Of a stretch of DNA of 64,000 bases, positions 8,759 through 17,378 are shown piece by piece (the stretch's first letter is position 1; every line of letters begins with the position of its first letter). The stretch comes from Elusimicrobia bacterium GWF2_62_30 (GTDB taxonomy: Bacteria; Elusimicrobiota; Elusimicrobia; Elusimicrobiales; UBA9959): the NCBI GenBank assembly GCA_001799995.1, contig MGUK01000070.1:9056-73055 (forward strand), read 5' to 3'. The notes under the pieces are model-generated. The model had not been told where the DNA came from. It did not search any database and worked only from the letters and a program-made list of their open reading frames with translations. The position numbers were made by a program, and so were the translations under genes.

Positions 8759-9119
8759 AGTCTACGAGGAAAAATGAGTGTAATCCCGAAGAAAAGGCGA
8801 AGTCGTAAAATTAACGATTTCAGGGGGGGGTCAGGGGCCGCCAGGCGGGCCCCAAAAAGCCGGAGGGACGGACGCCCTAACCTCAAAAAAACCGGGAGGT
8901 TTTGTCGTTTTCAATCAACTTTTCGGCCCAAAAACCGCATTGACGACAAAAACGCAAAAAAATGCAAAAAAGGCGGTTTTTTGCCTATTTTTTAACAAAA
9001 TAGTGCAAAAAACCGCCATTTCTCCGCAATTTTGAGTGATTTAAGGCCCAAACAGAAGCAAAAAATCCCAGCCAATCCCACCGTTTCCGTGAAATTCTCC
9101 AGTAGGTTGAGGAAGTTTG

Positions 9120-9136
9120 AGGGACAGTATACTTAA
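9120..9136. repeat. Left inverted repeat of the Y1-transposase element
   Basis: agggacagtatacttaa. Its exact reverse complement is found at 9967-9983. Confidence 0.85.
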
Positions 9137-9174
9137 CTAAAATTTATGCCTGCGGCAAGTTGTAAAAAAACTGG

Positions 9175-9891
9175 TCAATCAACCTCAGTATTTTCATCAC
9201 GATATCGCACTGCTGAGGCATTTTTTGCACCTTTTTGCGGGCCTGGTTTCTTTTTAAAAAGAACCTTCGGCGGGATCTTAAAATCCGCCTGCAATTTCTT
9301 CAGGAATTCAGCCCCCCCCGCCGGACGCCCGTTAGATAAATGTTCCTGGATCCCGGAGACCATCTCTTTGCCGACATCCCCGGAAAGGAACTCGTTCCAA
9401 TTCCCGATCAGCTGCCCGACTCCGGAAACATTGACGAACCCGTCGTCCTTGTTGCGCATATGGGCTCTCGCGCTGCTCCAGCGATAATCCTCCGGCTTTT
9501 TCACGAGCTTAGCGCGAACTGGGTTAAGTTCAATATACCTGGTCGCCGCCAGGAGATACCGTTCATCCATGGCGAACGACGAGAAACGCTCCTGCCACAG
9601 GTGCCCTTTCCAGCCCTCGCGGAAGTTTACGTGGAGGGTATATCTCCGGTGCGCCTCCCCTATCGCCAGCCGCAAGCTTGTTTCATCCTGAGGAACAAGG
9701 ATCAGGTGAACATGGTTGGGCATCAGGCAATACCCCCACACGTCTACCCCCCGCTTCTGGCACCATTCCCCCATCAGTTTTAGGTAGGTGCGATAATCGT
9801 TTTCCGTAAAAAAAACCGGCTGCCGCCTGTTCCCTCGCTGGGTCACATGATGCGGATACCCCGGGATAACGACACGCGCAATTCTTGGCAT
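9175..9891 (-). CDS. REP-associated/IS200-like tyrosine (HUH, Y1) transposase
   Basis: MPRIARVVIPGYPHHVTQRGNRRQPVFF..., HUH motif in CLMPNHVHLIL, catalytic-Tyr region RYIELNPVRAKLV..PEDYRWSS. This is the typical RayT/Y1_Tnp layout. Confidence 0.8.
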   Translation of the reverse strand: MPRIARVVIPGYPHHVTQRGNRRQPVFFTENDYRTYLKLMGEWCQKRGVDVWGYCLMPNHVHLILVPQDETSLRLAIGEAHRRYTLHVNFREGWKGHLWQERFSSFAMDERYLLAATRYIELNPVRAKLVKKPEDYRWSSARAHMRNKDDGFVNVSGVGQLIGNWNEFLSGDVGKEMVSGIQEHLSNGRPAGGAEFLKKLQADFKIPPKVLFKKKPGPQKGAKNASAVRYRDENTEVD

Positions 9892-9966
9892 ACTCCCTCA
9901 GAAGCGTACAATAGATTCTCGAATTAATACCCACTCGAGCACAGAAAGTATAGCAACTATGGTGAA

Positions 9967-9983
9967 TTAAGTATACTGTCCCT
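9967..9983. repeat. Right inverted repeat of the Y1-transposase element
   Basis: ttaagtatactgtccct, the exact reverse complement of 9120-9136. Confidence 0.85.
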
Positions 9984-9991
9984 TTAATTCA

Positions 9992-10000
9992 TGCTATACT
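9992..10000 (+). promoter_or_regulatory. Extended -10-like box TGcTATACT upstream of the 10033 gene
   Basis: TGCTATACT lies 33 nt upstream of the ATG at 10033, which is itself preceded by a GGGAGG Shine-Dalgarno. Confidence 0.3.
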
Positions 10001-10032
10001 AAGGGGGATGGATTATTTTGGGAGGTGTTACG

Positions 10033-10566
10033 ATGAAACGCTGCTTTATTTTTTGGGCCATACTTGCGGCCGGGACCGGTTTAGCCTTCGCGCAGGAGCT
10101 AAATATGCCTGCCGCCGATAACCCGCCGGCCGCGACAACGCCCCCCCTGCCGGCCGAGAACGCCGCGCAAAAGAATAAGCTTGAAATGGCCGAACTGGAC
10201 AAGAAACAGGCGGGAGAAATACGGGCGCTGGAAGAAAAGATGGAGCTCAACAGGAAGAAACTGCTGGAAGAGATAAAAAGCTACCAGGAACAGATAGTCC
10301 TGGTGAAAAAGAAATACAACTCCGAAAAATACGCCATAATGGACCGCCTCGAACCCGGCTCCGGCAGCAGGCTGGCCAAGCGGGACAAGGACCTTGCCGA
10401 GCTGGAGATCCAGTTAAAAAAAGACCTTAACGAGGTCAACTCCGCTCAGGGCCTGGAGGCCTCAAAGGGCTCGCTGACAAAAGAGAAGCAGGACAAATTC
10501 CAGACCGACAGGAAGAGGATAATAGACGGGCACAGCGCAAAGAAGCGCGAGCTCCTTTCTAAATAA
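10033..10566 (+). CDS. Secreted coiled-coil protein, unknown function
   Basis: The ORF-track entry starts at a TTG (10018). The ATG at 10033 follows GGGAGG and gives MKRCFIFWAILAAGTGLAFAQ (signal peptide), then a Lys/Glu-rich coiled coil. Confidence 0.55.
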   Translation: MKRCFIFWAILAAGTGLAFAQELNMPAADNPPAATTPPLPAENAAQKNKLEMAELDKKQAGEIRALEEKMELNRKKLLEEIKSYQEQIVLVKKKYNSEKYAIMDRLEPGSGSRLAKRDKDLAELEIQLKKDLNEVNSAQGLEASKGSLTKEKQDKFQTDRKRIIDGHSAKKRELLSK

Positions 10567-10590
10567 GCCGCGGTGTCCGGCCGCCGGACG

Positions 10591-10752
10591 CTAAACCCCG
10601 GCGTAGATGAAGGAAATGACGATGCCCGGGCCGATATGGAAAGCCAGCATGGCCAGCAGCGCAAGGCAGATAAGCAGCGGCAGCAGAAAATAGAATTTAT
10701 GCTTCTTAACCAGCAGCAGGCTTTCTTTTAACAGGAGTATCAGTTTTTTCAT
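10591..10752 (-). CDS. 53-aa membrane peptide resembling DUF5989 (usual companion of carbamoyltransferase/SxtJ-like genes)
   Basis: Below the ORF-track size cut-off. Hand translation: MKKLILLLKESLLLVKKHKFYFLLPLLICLALLAMLAFHIGPGIVISFIYAGV. The KKxxF(W/Y)xLLP...FIY pattern and the position after a carbamoyltransferase match my memory of DUF5989. Confidence 0.5.
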   Translation of the reverse strand: MKKLILLLKESLLLVKKHKFYFLLPLLICLALLAMLAFHIGPGIVISFIYAGV

Positions 10753-10755
10753 AGA

Positions 10756-10977
10756 TCAGGACTGTTCCGCGGCGTCCGCCGCCTCCCCTCCGCCTTTCAG
10801 CGTTTCTTTCCAGAAAGTTTTCCCGGGCGCGCACGGGCGCGGGCTAAAATGGAAGATACGGTCGAGCGCGGCCATCGCGCCGACGGCGAAGATATAAGCG
10901 AGAAAGAGGCAGCACGGCACCAGGACCCGCTGGACGGCCAGGAATACGGCGCGGGTAAACCGTTTAAACCTGTCCAT
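10756..10977 (-). CDS. Small membrane protein in the SxtJ-like position downstream of the carbamoyltransferase
   Basis: 73-aa ORF overlapping the carbamoyltransferase stop by 14 nt. One hydrophobic helix (VLVPCCLFLAYIFAVGAMAAL). The assignment rests on position only. Confidence 0.4.
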   Translation of the reverse strand: MDRFKRFTRAVFLAVQRVLVPCCLFLAYIFAVGAMAALDRIFHFSPRPCAPGKTFWKETLKGGGEAADAAEQS

Positions 10978-12658
10978 TCTTCTTCTCCAGGATATAGTTT
11001 CCCATTACCAGGGCGTCCATCTCCGTCCCAAGGAACACCTGCAGCGCTTCGCCGGGAGACCTTACTATAGGCTCCCCGCGCCTGTTGAAGGAAGTATTTA
11101 AGACCAGCGGCACACCGGTAAGTCCGCCGAAGGCCTCGATCAGGGCATAAAACCGCGGATTGGACGCCCGGTCGACCGTCTGCACGCGCGCGGTGCCGTC
11201 GTCGTGGCAGGCGGCCGGCACGCCGGGGGCCGTCTCCGCGCGCACCGGGGGCGCCATCAGCATGAAGGGAGAATCCCCGATAAGCCCGAAATATTCCTTC
11301 GCGCGCTCCGCCAGGACCGCCGGCGCGTAAGGCCGGAACGTTTCCCGGTGCTTGACCTTATCATTGAGCAGGCGCTTCATGTCCGGGTTCCGCGGGTCCC
11401 CGAGTATCGTCCGGTTCCCCAAAGCCCGCGGGCCGAATTCCATACGTCCCTGGAACCAGCCCGCCACCTTACCGCCGGCTACCAGCTTCGCCGTACGGGA
11501 CACCAGTTCTTCGTCTGAAAGTTTTTCCGCCTTCAGTCCCGCGGCGGAGACGGCCCGCTCTATTTCCCGGTCCGGGAATTCCGGCCCGAGGCAGGCGTGG
11601 GTCATCGCCCCGGGGCGCGGCTCCCCCAGGAGCCCGCACGCGGCGTAGAGCGCCGCTCCCAGCGCCCCGCCGCAATCCCCCGCGGCGGGCTGGACGAAGA
11701 TCTCGCTGAAGCCGGAAGTTTCCAGTATCTTATGGTTCGCCACGCAGTTAAGGAAGACCCCGCCGGCGAGGCAGAGGTTGCGCTGCCCCGTCCGCGCGCG
11801 CAGGTCCCGCGCCTGTTTGCTCAGGATATCTTCGGTGAATTTCTGCAGGCTGGCCGCGATGTCGGCGTGCCGCCCGTCCAGCGGGCCTTCCGGCGCCCTT
11901 GCGGGCCCGAGCAGGTCTTCAAGTTTCCTGCGGTACATGCGTTCCGCGCCATAAAAAGAGAAGTAAGCCGGGTTAAGCCTGTAGCTGCCGTCGGGCGCCA
12001 CTTCCGCCAGCTCGCCGAACTCCTTCATGAACCCGGGCTTGCCGCAGCCCGCCAGCCCCATCACCTTGCCCTCCCCTTCGTGGGCTTCGAACCCCAGGAA
12101 GGTAGTGAGAGCGGTATAGAACAGCCCGATGGAATCCGGGAAGGAGATCTCGCGCTCTATGCTGACGCTGCTGCCCGTTCCGGTCCCGCAGGTGTTGGTG
12201 GCCCATTCGCCCACGGCGTCCGCCGTAAGGATGGCGGCCGAATCGAAAGCGGAGGGCAGGAAGGCGGAAGCCGCGTGGGAAAGATGGTGCCTGAGAAAGA
12301 AGACCCGCCCGCCGTAGCCCATCTTTTCCTTGAGCGTGAGCGGCAGGGTAAGCCGGTCGTCCAGCCACAGCGGCATGGAGCGCATGAAACTCCCGAACGA
12401 GCCCGGCCAGGCTCCGATATGCCCGGTCAGCACGCGGGCGAACTTAAGAAAAGGCTTTTCGTAAAAAACCACGCAGTCCAGGTCGTCCGCCGTGATGTTT
12501 CCCGCCTGCAGGCAGTAGTTTACAGCGGCCAGCGGGAAATCGGGCGTGTTCTTCCGGCGCGAGAAGCGCTCTTCCTGCGCCGCCGCGGTTATTTTTCCGC
12601 CCTGCACCAGGCAGGCGGAAGAATCATGATAGTAGGCCGAAATGCCGAGAATGTTCAT
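10964..12658 (-). CDS. Carbamoyltransferase (NodU/CmcH family)
   Basis: MNILGISAYYHDSSACLVQGGKITAAAQEERFSRRKNTPDFP is the canonical NodU/CmcH N-terminus. The ATG at 12658 is preferred over the track TTG at 12682, which would sit on the putative -10 box. Confidence 0.85.
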   Translation of the reverse strand: MNILGISAYYHDSSACLVQGGKITAAAQEERFSRRKNTPDFPLAAVNYCLQAGNITADDLDCVVFYEKPFLKFARVLTGHIGAWPGSFGSFMRSMPLWLDDRLTLPLTLKEKMGYGGRVFFLRHHLSHAASAFLPSAFDSAAILTADAVGEWATNTCGTGTGSSVSIEREISFPDSIGLFYTALTTFLGFEAHEGEGKVMGLAGCGKPGFMKEFGELAEVAPDGSYRLNPAYFSFYGAERMYRRKLEDLLGPARAPEGPLDGRHADIAASLQKFTEDILSKQARDLRARTGQRNLCLAGGVFLNCVANHKILETSGFSEIFVQPAAGDCGGALGAALYAACGLLGEPRPGAMTHACLGPEFPDREIERAVSAAGLKAEKLSDEELVSRTAKLVAGGKVAGWFQGRMEFGPRALGNRTILGDPRNPDMKRLLNDKVKHRETFRPYAPAVLAERAKEYFGLIGDSPFMLMAPPVRAETAPGVPAACHDDGTARVQTVDRASNPRFYALIEAFGGLTGVPLVLNTSFNRRGEPIVRSPGEALQVFLGTEMDALVMGNYILEKKNGQV

Positions 12659-12683
12659 CAGAGCGCCACGCGGCGCGAACAAG

Positions 12684-12692
12684 ATTCTAGCA
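12684..12692 (-). promoter_or_regulatory. Extended -10-like box TGcTAGAAT (minus strand) upstream of the carbamoyltransferase
   Basis: The reverse strand reads cgcaaaaTGCTAGAATcttg. A near-identical cgcaaaaTGCTAAAAT occurs at 33390-33398 upstream of another minus-strand operon. Confidence 0.35.
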
Positions 12693-12761
12693 TTTTGCGC
12701 CTTTTCCGGCCGACGGCGGCCGCGGTGAATTTAGTATACTTTCATTCGGCGCCGCCTGCTT

Positions 12762-13679
12762 ATGTATACCCGCATAGACATCAAAATCACTTTCCGCTGC
12801 AATAACAAATGCGATTTCTGCGCCCAGGGGCATAAGCGGGATATCGTGACTGACCGCACGCTGGAACAGGTCCACAAAGACCTGACTTCCGCCTACGCCA
12901 ACGGCAGCCGCGACGTGGTCTTTACCGGGGGCGAACCGACCATGCACCCGCATATCATCGACTGCGTGGCTATGGCCAAGAAGCTGGGCTATCACAGGAT
13001 ACAGCTTCAGACCAACGGCCGCACTTTCGCGTATAAAGGCCTTCTCGAACGCCTCAAAGCCGCCGGCGCCAACGAAATGGGCCCCTCGCTGCATGGCGCC
13101 AAGCCGGAGACCCACGACGGGCTCACCCACGCGCCGGGCAGCTTCATGCAGACCGTTTCCGGCATAAAGAACGCGGCCAGCCTCGGGATGCACATTATCA
13201 CCAACTCCGTGATAACTTCCGCCAATTACAAAGAGCTCCCCGCCCTGGCGGCGCTGCTGGTGAAACTGGGCGTGAGGCAGTACCAGTTCGCTTTCGTGCA
13301 TATCATCGGCACCGCCCTCGAGAACAAGAAATGGATAGTGCCCAGGAAATCGGAGATAATGCCGTGGGTCAAGAAGGGCCTGGACGTGGGCATAGAAAAA
13401 GACGTCCTCTGCTTCACCGAGGCTATCCCGTTCTGCCTGATGAAAGGCTACGAGCAGTGCGTAGCGGAACGGATAATCCCCGAGGGCCCGGTGGCCGACG
13501 GCGAAAAATTCATCAAAAGCTACGGCGACTACCGCCGCAACGAAGGCAAGATCAAAGCCCCCTCCTGCAGGCCCTGCAGGTATTTCAAGATCTGCGAAGG
13601 TCCCTGGCGCGAGTACCCGGAGCTCTACGGCTGGAAGGAATTCCGGCCGGTGCCGGGAAAGCCCGTTCTCAGGAAATGA
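12762..13679 (+). CDS. Radical SAM enzyme, HxsC-like paralogue family
   Basis: CNNKCDFC (CxxxCxxC), FTGGEPT, C-terminal CRPCRYFKICEGPWREYPELYGWKEFRPV (CxxCx5CxG ... YG..E..P), the motif shared by ten genes in this window. Confidence 0.85.
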   Translation: MYTRIDIKITFRCNNKCDFCAQGHKRDIVTDRTLEQVHKDLTSAYANGSRDVVFTGGEPTMHPHIIDCVAMAKKLGYHRIQLQTNGRTFAYKGLLERLKAAGANEMGPSLHGAKPETHDGLTHAPGSFMQTVSGIKNAASLGMHIITNSVITSANYKELPALAALLVKLGVRQYQFAFVHIIGTALENKKWIVPRKSEIMPWVKKGLDVGIEKDVLCFTEAIPFCLMKGYEQCVAERIIPEGPVADGEKFIKSYGDYRRNEGKIKAPSCRPCRYFKICEGPWREYPELYGWKEFRPVPGKPVLRK

Positions 13680-14992
13680 AGAACACCGCAACGGAAATCC
13701 TGAACCCGCTGCCGGGCGTAACAATTCACGCCGACCGCGCGCGCCGCAGGGTGAGCGTCCGCGTCAGGCCCGGACCCGCCGCCCACGGCCCGCTCCGGGA
13801 ATTACTCTATCGCGTCCTCAACGCCTACGAAAAGCGCTTTACCGTATCCATAGCGGGAGTTCCCTTCTGCTTCCTGCCCGACGCCGCGGACCATATTACG
13901 GCACAGCCCGGGACTGGCGCGGGCGGGCGCCTGAATATCTGCCGGGACTGCCGCCTGAGGCACGCCTGCCCCGGGCCGGGCGGCCCGTTCTTCCGCCGCC
14001 CGGACGCCGGGCTAAGGCCGGTGCTCGCGGTCCCGTCGGAAATAGTCTTCGAGGTCAACCGCAAGTGCAACCTGGCCTGCCGCGTCTGTTCGTCCAGGCA
14101 CCTGCAGGAAGAGCTCAGCCTCCCGCGGGTAAAGCGGGAACTTGCCCGCGCCCGACGGCTGGGGATAAAGAACGTCCGCTTCACCGGCGGTGAGCCGTTC
14201 CTCCACCCGCGGCTCCTTGAAATGCTTTCGGCGGCCAGGAAGAACGGGTTCTACGTCCTCGTGAACACCAACGCCACGCTGCTGACCCCCTCCCTGATAA
14301 AAAAGGCTGCGCCCCTGATGGACAACGTGCTGGTCTCGCTGCAGGGCTGGGACGCGGCTTCGGACGCCGCGGAAACGGGCGCGGCCGGCCTTTTCGCCGC
14401 CAAGCTCCGGAACATAAAAGCGCTGCGGCGCGCGGTGACTACGCTGCGTTTAGGCACTGTGATTTCCGCCGCCCTGCCCGGCGTCCTGGACAAATATCTC
14501 GGGCTGGCAGCCGGGCTTCAGGCCGACATCTGGGAGCTGTACCGGCCGATGGCCGGCGCCTCCCCCGGCCGGGGCCGGGAAGTAACCCCCGCGCTTTTGC
14601 GCGGGCTGGCGGACCGCCTGGAAACCGCCGCCGGGACAAAGCCGCAGGTGCTTTTCGCCAACCCGGCGCCGCTCTGCCTTTTTCCCGCCAGGCAGGCGCC
14701 GCTCTTTCTCGGCGCGCGCTTCGACGACGGGCATACGCGGCTGGTGCTGGACCCGCGCGGTTTCTACAAGCCCAGTTATTACATACAGAAGGACCTGGGC
14801 CGCGACCTCATGGCGGCCTGGAACAGCCCCTGGCTGAAAAAGCTGGATAAAGCCGGGTACGCGCAAGGCTGCCGGGCCTGCGTTTTCCGCCTGCGCTGCC
14901 TTGGCGGCAGCCGGTTCCTGGCCGGCGCGGACGGCGCGCGCCGCGGCGGGCGGGACCCCTGGCTGCGCAGCGGTTTGACAGCACGGAAGTAA
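13676..14992 (+). CDS. Radical SAM enzyme with an N-terminal Cys-rich extension and a SPASM/twitch-like C-terminus
   Basis: The ATG at 13676 overlaps the upstream stop (ATGA). Core CNLACRVC and FTGGEPF. The CxxCx5CxG motif occurs twice (CRDCRLRHACPG near the N-terminus, CRACVFRLRCLG near the C-terminus). Confidence 0.75.
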   Translation: MKNTATEILNPLPGVTIHADRARRRVSVRVRPGPAAHGPLRELLYRVLNAYEKRFTVSIAGVPFCFLPDAADHITAQPGTGAGGRLNICRDCRLRHACPGPGGPFFRRPDAGLRPVLAVPSEIVFEVNRKCNLACRVCSSRHLQEELSLPRVKRELARARRLGIKNVRFTGGEPFLHPRLLEMLSAARKNGFYVLVNTNATLLTPSLIKKAAPLMDNVLVSLQGWDAASDAAETGAAGLFAAKLRNIKALRRAVTTLRLGTVISAALPGVLDKYLGLAAGLQADIWELYRPMAGASPGRGREVTPALLRGLADRLETAAGTKPQVLFANPAPLCLFPARQAPLFLGARFDDGHTRLVLDPRGFYKPSYYIQKDLGRDLMAAWNSPWLKKLDKAGYAQGCRACVFRLRCLGGSRFLAGADGARRGGRDPWLRSGLTARK

Positions 14993-15047
14993 AATTGGAG
15001 AATGGATTCCGGGCTGACGCCGGGCCGGCGGACAGCTCCCACCTAAT

Positions 15048-17378
15048 ATGAAAATCGCCTTTTTAACCCCCTCCCCGACGGTGCTCAAGCATGACTGGTA
15101 CCGGGACCTGCTCTGGCAGAAAGTGGGCATCCCCAACCTGGCCGGCTTTCTCAAGCGGGCCGGGTTCCCGGACATCACCCAGTACGATTTCAATAACCAG
15201 ATCTGCCGCGCCTACGAGAAGACCCCGGGGAAAGTCAGGCTGATGCTCTATGCCGACGAGGCTTCAGTGGCCGCCTTCCTGGGCGGGAAGACCAAAACCC
15301 CGGGAGCGCGCGAGATAAGCAGGCAGACGGCGTTCTTTATCGACGAGCTCGGGGTTAAGGAACATGACCTGTTCGGGATCTCGCTGAGCCATTTCCTCGG
15401 CGACAACAGGGAGATAGATCTCGGGATCCGCCTGGCCGAATGCCTGGCCAAGGCGCTCAAAGAACGCTTCCCGGGCGCCAAGATCATGCTTGGGGGCATG
15501 CAGAACATGTCCGGCCAGTTCCAGCGCGACAATTATAAAAAGATGCTCAGGGACTGCCCGGAGATAGATTACGCCGTCTGCGGCGAAGCCCACGCCGCCA
15601 TGCTGGAGCTCTGCCGCGCCGTAGAGGCCGGACGCGAGTTCAGGGGAACTACGCAACTGAACATAGAAAAGGCGGGCGCAGGCCTCCTGATACAAGGCGG
15701 GATCACCGGCAAGATGGATGACGCGCACAGCTATTATTTCGCCCCCCGGCTCGCCGGGGAGGTTAAGGACCCCTCTGTTCCTTTCGGCTTCCCCGCCTAC
15801 GACAAAGCCAACAGCCGGGACTTCAGCTACACCGGCCGGAGGATCAGGGAGTTCTACCATCTGCCGCCGCCGCTGGCCAGGGAGGAGAAGCGCTTTGCGC
15901 CCGACAACTACCTGACCCTGCAGGTGAGTTTCAGCGAAGGCTGCAATTTCAACTGCCTGTTCTGCAGCAACGCCGGCAGCGGGGTGTTCGCGCTGGACCT
16001 CGACGAATCCATACGGATGCTGAAGATCTTCCGGGACGAGCTGGGCTGCCGCCATTTCCTTTTTTACAATCCGAATTTCAACCCCACCTATAAATACGCC
16101 CGCGCCTTCCTCGAGCGCATAATCAAGGAGAAGCTGGACATCCTCTGGGCGGACTGCTTCAACCTGCGCAACATGGACGGCGAAATGATCGCGCTGATGC
16201 GCGAAGCCGGTGTGATCAAGGTGGTAGCCGGAGTAGAATACCCGACGCCGCGCATGCTAAAGTACATCAACAAGGGCATTACCGTCGACAAGATAAACCG
16301 CAACCTGGAAGACCTGCACAAGGCGGGCATCTGGAACCACGTCCTGCTGATAACCGGCATGCCCACGGAAACGGCCGCCGACATAAAGGAGCTGGAAGCC
16401 TGGCTCCGGGACACCAAGGACCTGATAAACGCCTATACCGTAGGCTCCTTCCACATGGCGGACGGCTCGCCGTTCAGCAAGGACCCGGAAAAATTCGGGT
16501 TCAAGCTTAAAGACGCCATGAAGCTCTACTGCCAGACGGAGTTCGACGAGGAAGGCGGGCTGGCCTGGCGCGAGAAAGCCAGGCAGAACGAGCTTAACAA
16601 CCGGCACATACGCCGCTATATCGACGACCTGAAGGGCAGCCAGAAACCTACCGCCTCCAGGATGGACGATTCCCACCTGCTGATGTACCTGTACCGCGTA
16701 CTGGGGCACGGCCGGAAAAAAGAAATTGAGCGGCTTTATGAGGACGCCTATACGGTGAACCCTCACATAGCCGAGTCCTACGCGCACCTTAACTCCCAGG
16801 TCCGGCTGCCCTCCTCCGGGCTTAACGCCGCGCTGCGCCGCGCGGGAGTGTCCATTGAGCTGGAGGGCAGCACGCCGGAGAACATAAGCTTCAGCCTGGG
16901 CAAAGGCGCCGCGCGCCTGGGCTGTTCGGTCATGGCCAGGAGCGAGGCCACCCTGATCAACCCCGGCGACGACCGCGTGCACGGCGATTTTTTCCTGCTC
17001 ACTTCGCAGGAAACGGACATGAAGGACCGCTATAACCGGGAGCTGGCGGAACTGCTGGGCTCGGCCGGGGGCAGGCTGGTAACGGAGGGTTCAGAGCCGG
17101 AGAAAGGGCGCTTCACGCTGCGCCTGGACGCGAAGAGCGGCAGCGCCCGCTTCGTGGTCTCGCTGCGCTCAAGGCCGCCCTCATGCGGCTACGCCGTGAT
17201 CTCGGGAAAACCCGGCAGGGAATTGCTGGGCCGCGCGGCGGACCTGCTGCTGGCTTCGGCCTCCGCCGGGAGCGGAGCGGGGTCGCTTGCCGGCGACCTC
17301 ACGACGGTAAAGCGCTGCCTGCCCGAAGTGCTGGCCGCCGCGGAAAGCTGGCCGGCGGCGAAAAAAGCTATTCGATAA
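15048..17378 (+). CDS. B12-binding-domain radical SAM enzyme with a long C-terminal extension
   Basis: N-terminal Rossmann-like segment (MKIAFLTPSP..., IMLGGMQ) typical of the cobalamin-binding domain of class B rSAMs, then FSEGCNFNCLFCSN. About 250 C-terminal residues are unassigned. Confidence 0.75.
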   Translation: MKIAFLTPSPTVLKHDWYRDLLWQKVGIPNLAGFLKRAGFPDITQYDFNNQICRAYEKTPGKVRLMLYADEASVAAFLGGKTKTPGAREISRQTAFFIDELGVKEHDLFGISLSHFLGDNREIDLGIRLAECLAKALKERFPGAKIMLGGMQNMSGQFQRDNYKKMLRDCPEIDYAVCGEAHAAMLELCRAVEAGREFRGTTQLNIEKAGAGLLIQGGITGKMDDAHSYYFAPRLAGEVKDPSVPFGFPAYDKANSRDFSYTGRRIREFYHLPPPLAREEKRFAPDNYLTLQVSFSEGCNFNCLFCSNAGSGVFALDLDESIRMLKIFRDELGCRHFLFYNPNFNPTYKYARAFLERIIKEKLDILWADCFNLRNMDGEMIALMREAGVIKVVAGVEYPTPRMLKYINKGITVDKINRNLEDLHKAGIWNHVLLITGMPTETAADIKELEAWLRDTKDLINAYTVGSFHMADGSPFSKDPEKFGFKLKDAMKLYCQTEFDEEGGLAWREKARQNELNNRHIRRYIDDLKGSQKPTASRMDDSHLLMYLYRVLGHGRKKEIERLYEDAYTVNPHIAESYAHLNSQVRLPSSGLNAALRRAGVSIELEGSTPENISFSLGKGAARLGCSVMARSEATLINPGDDRVHGDFFLLTSQETDMKDRYNRELAELLGSAGGRLVTEGSEPEKGRFTLRLDAKSGSARFVVSLRSRPPSCGYAVISGKPGRELLGRAADLLLASASAGSGAGSLAGDLTTVKRCLPEVLAAAESWPAAKKAIR

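Larger units (their letters stand above)
9120..9983. mobile_element. Compact Y1-transposase element: RayT/IS200-like gene bracketed by a perfect 17-bp inverted repeat
   Basis: AGGGACAGTATACTTAA at 9120-9136 and its exact reverse complement TTAAGTATACTGTCCCT at 9967-9983 flank the single transposase ORF. Confidence 0.6.

Noticed and set aside
8759-9119. Possible small RNA or tRNA in the largest non-coding stretch
   Set aside because: I found no cloverleaf-compatible arms, no conserved T-loop (GTTCGAATC-like) and no GC-rich structured core. The only hairpins are a short ggggcc/ggcccc stem and an AT-only stem, which is insufficient to call an RNA gene.
12687-13724. 345-aa minus-strand ORF opposite the rSAM gene 12762-13679; similar shadow ORFs at 175-510, 5671-6657, 6995-7825, 8009-8995, 11597-12805, 15264-16055, 21861-23336, 36002-37369, 52112-53770, 59566-60690 and 61600-62514
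   Set aside because: Each is antisense or out of frame to a gene with clear family motifs and shows GC-driven R/G/A/P bias. None has a start context or a motif of its own.
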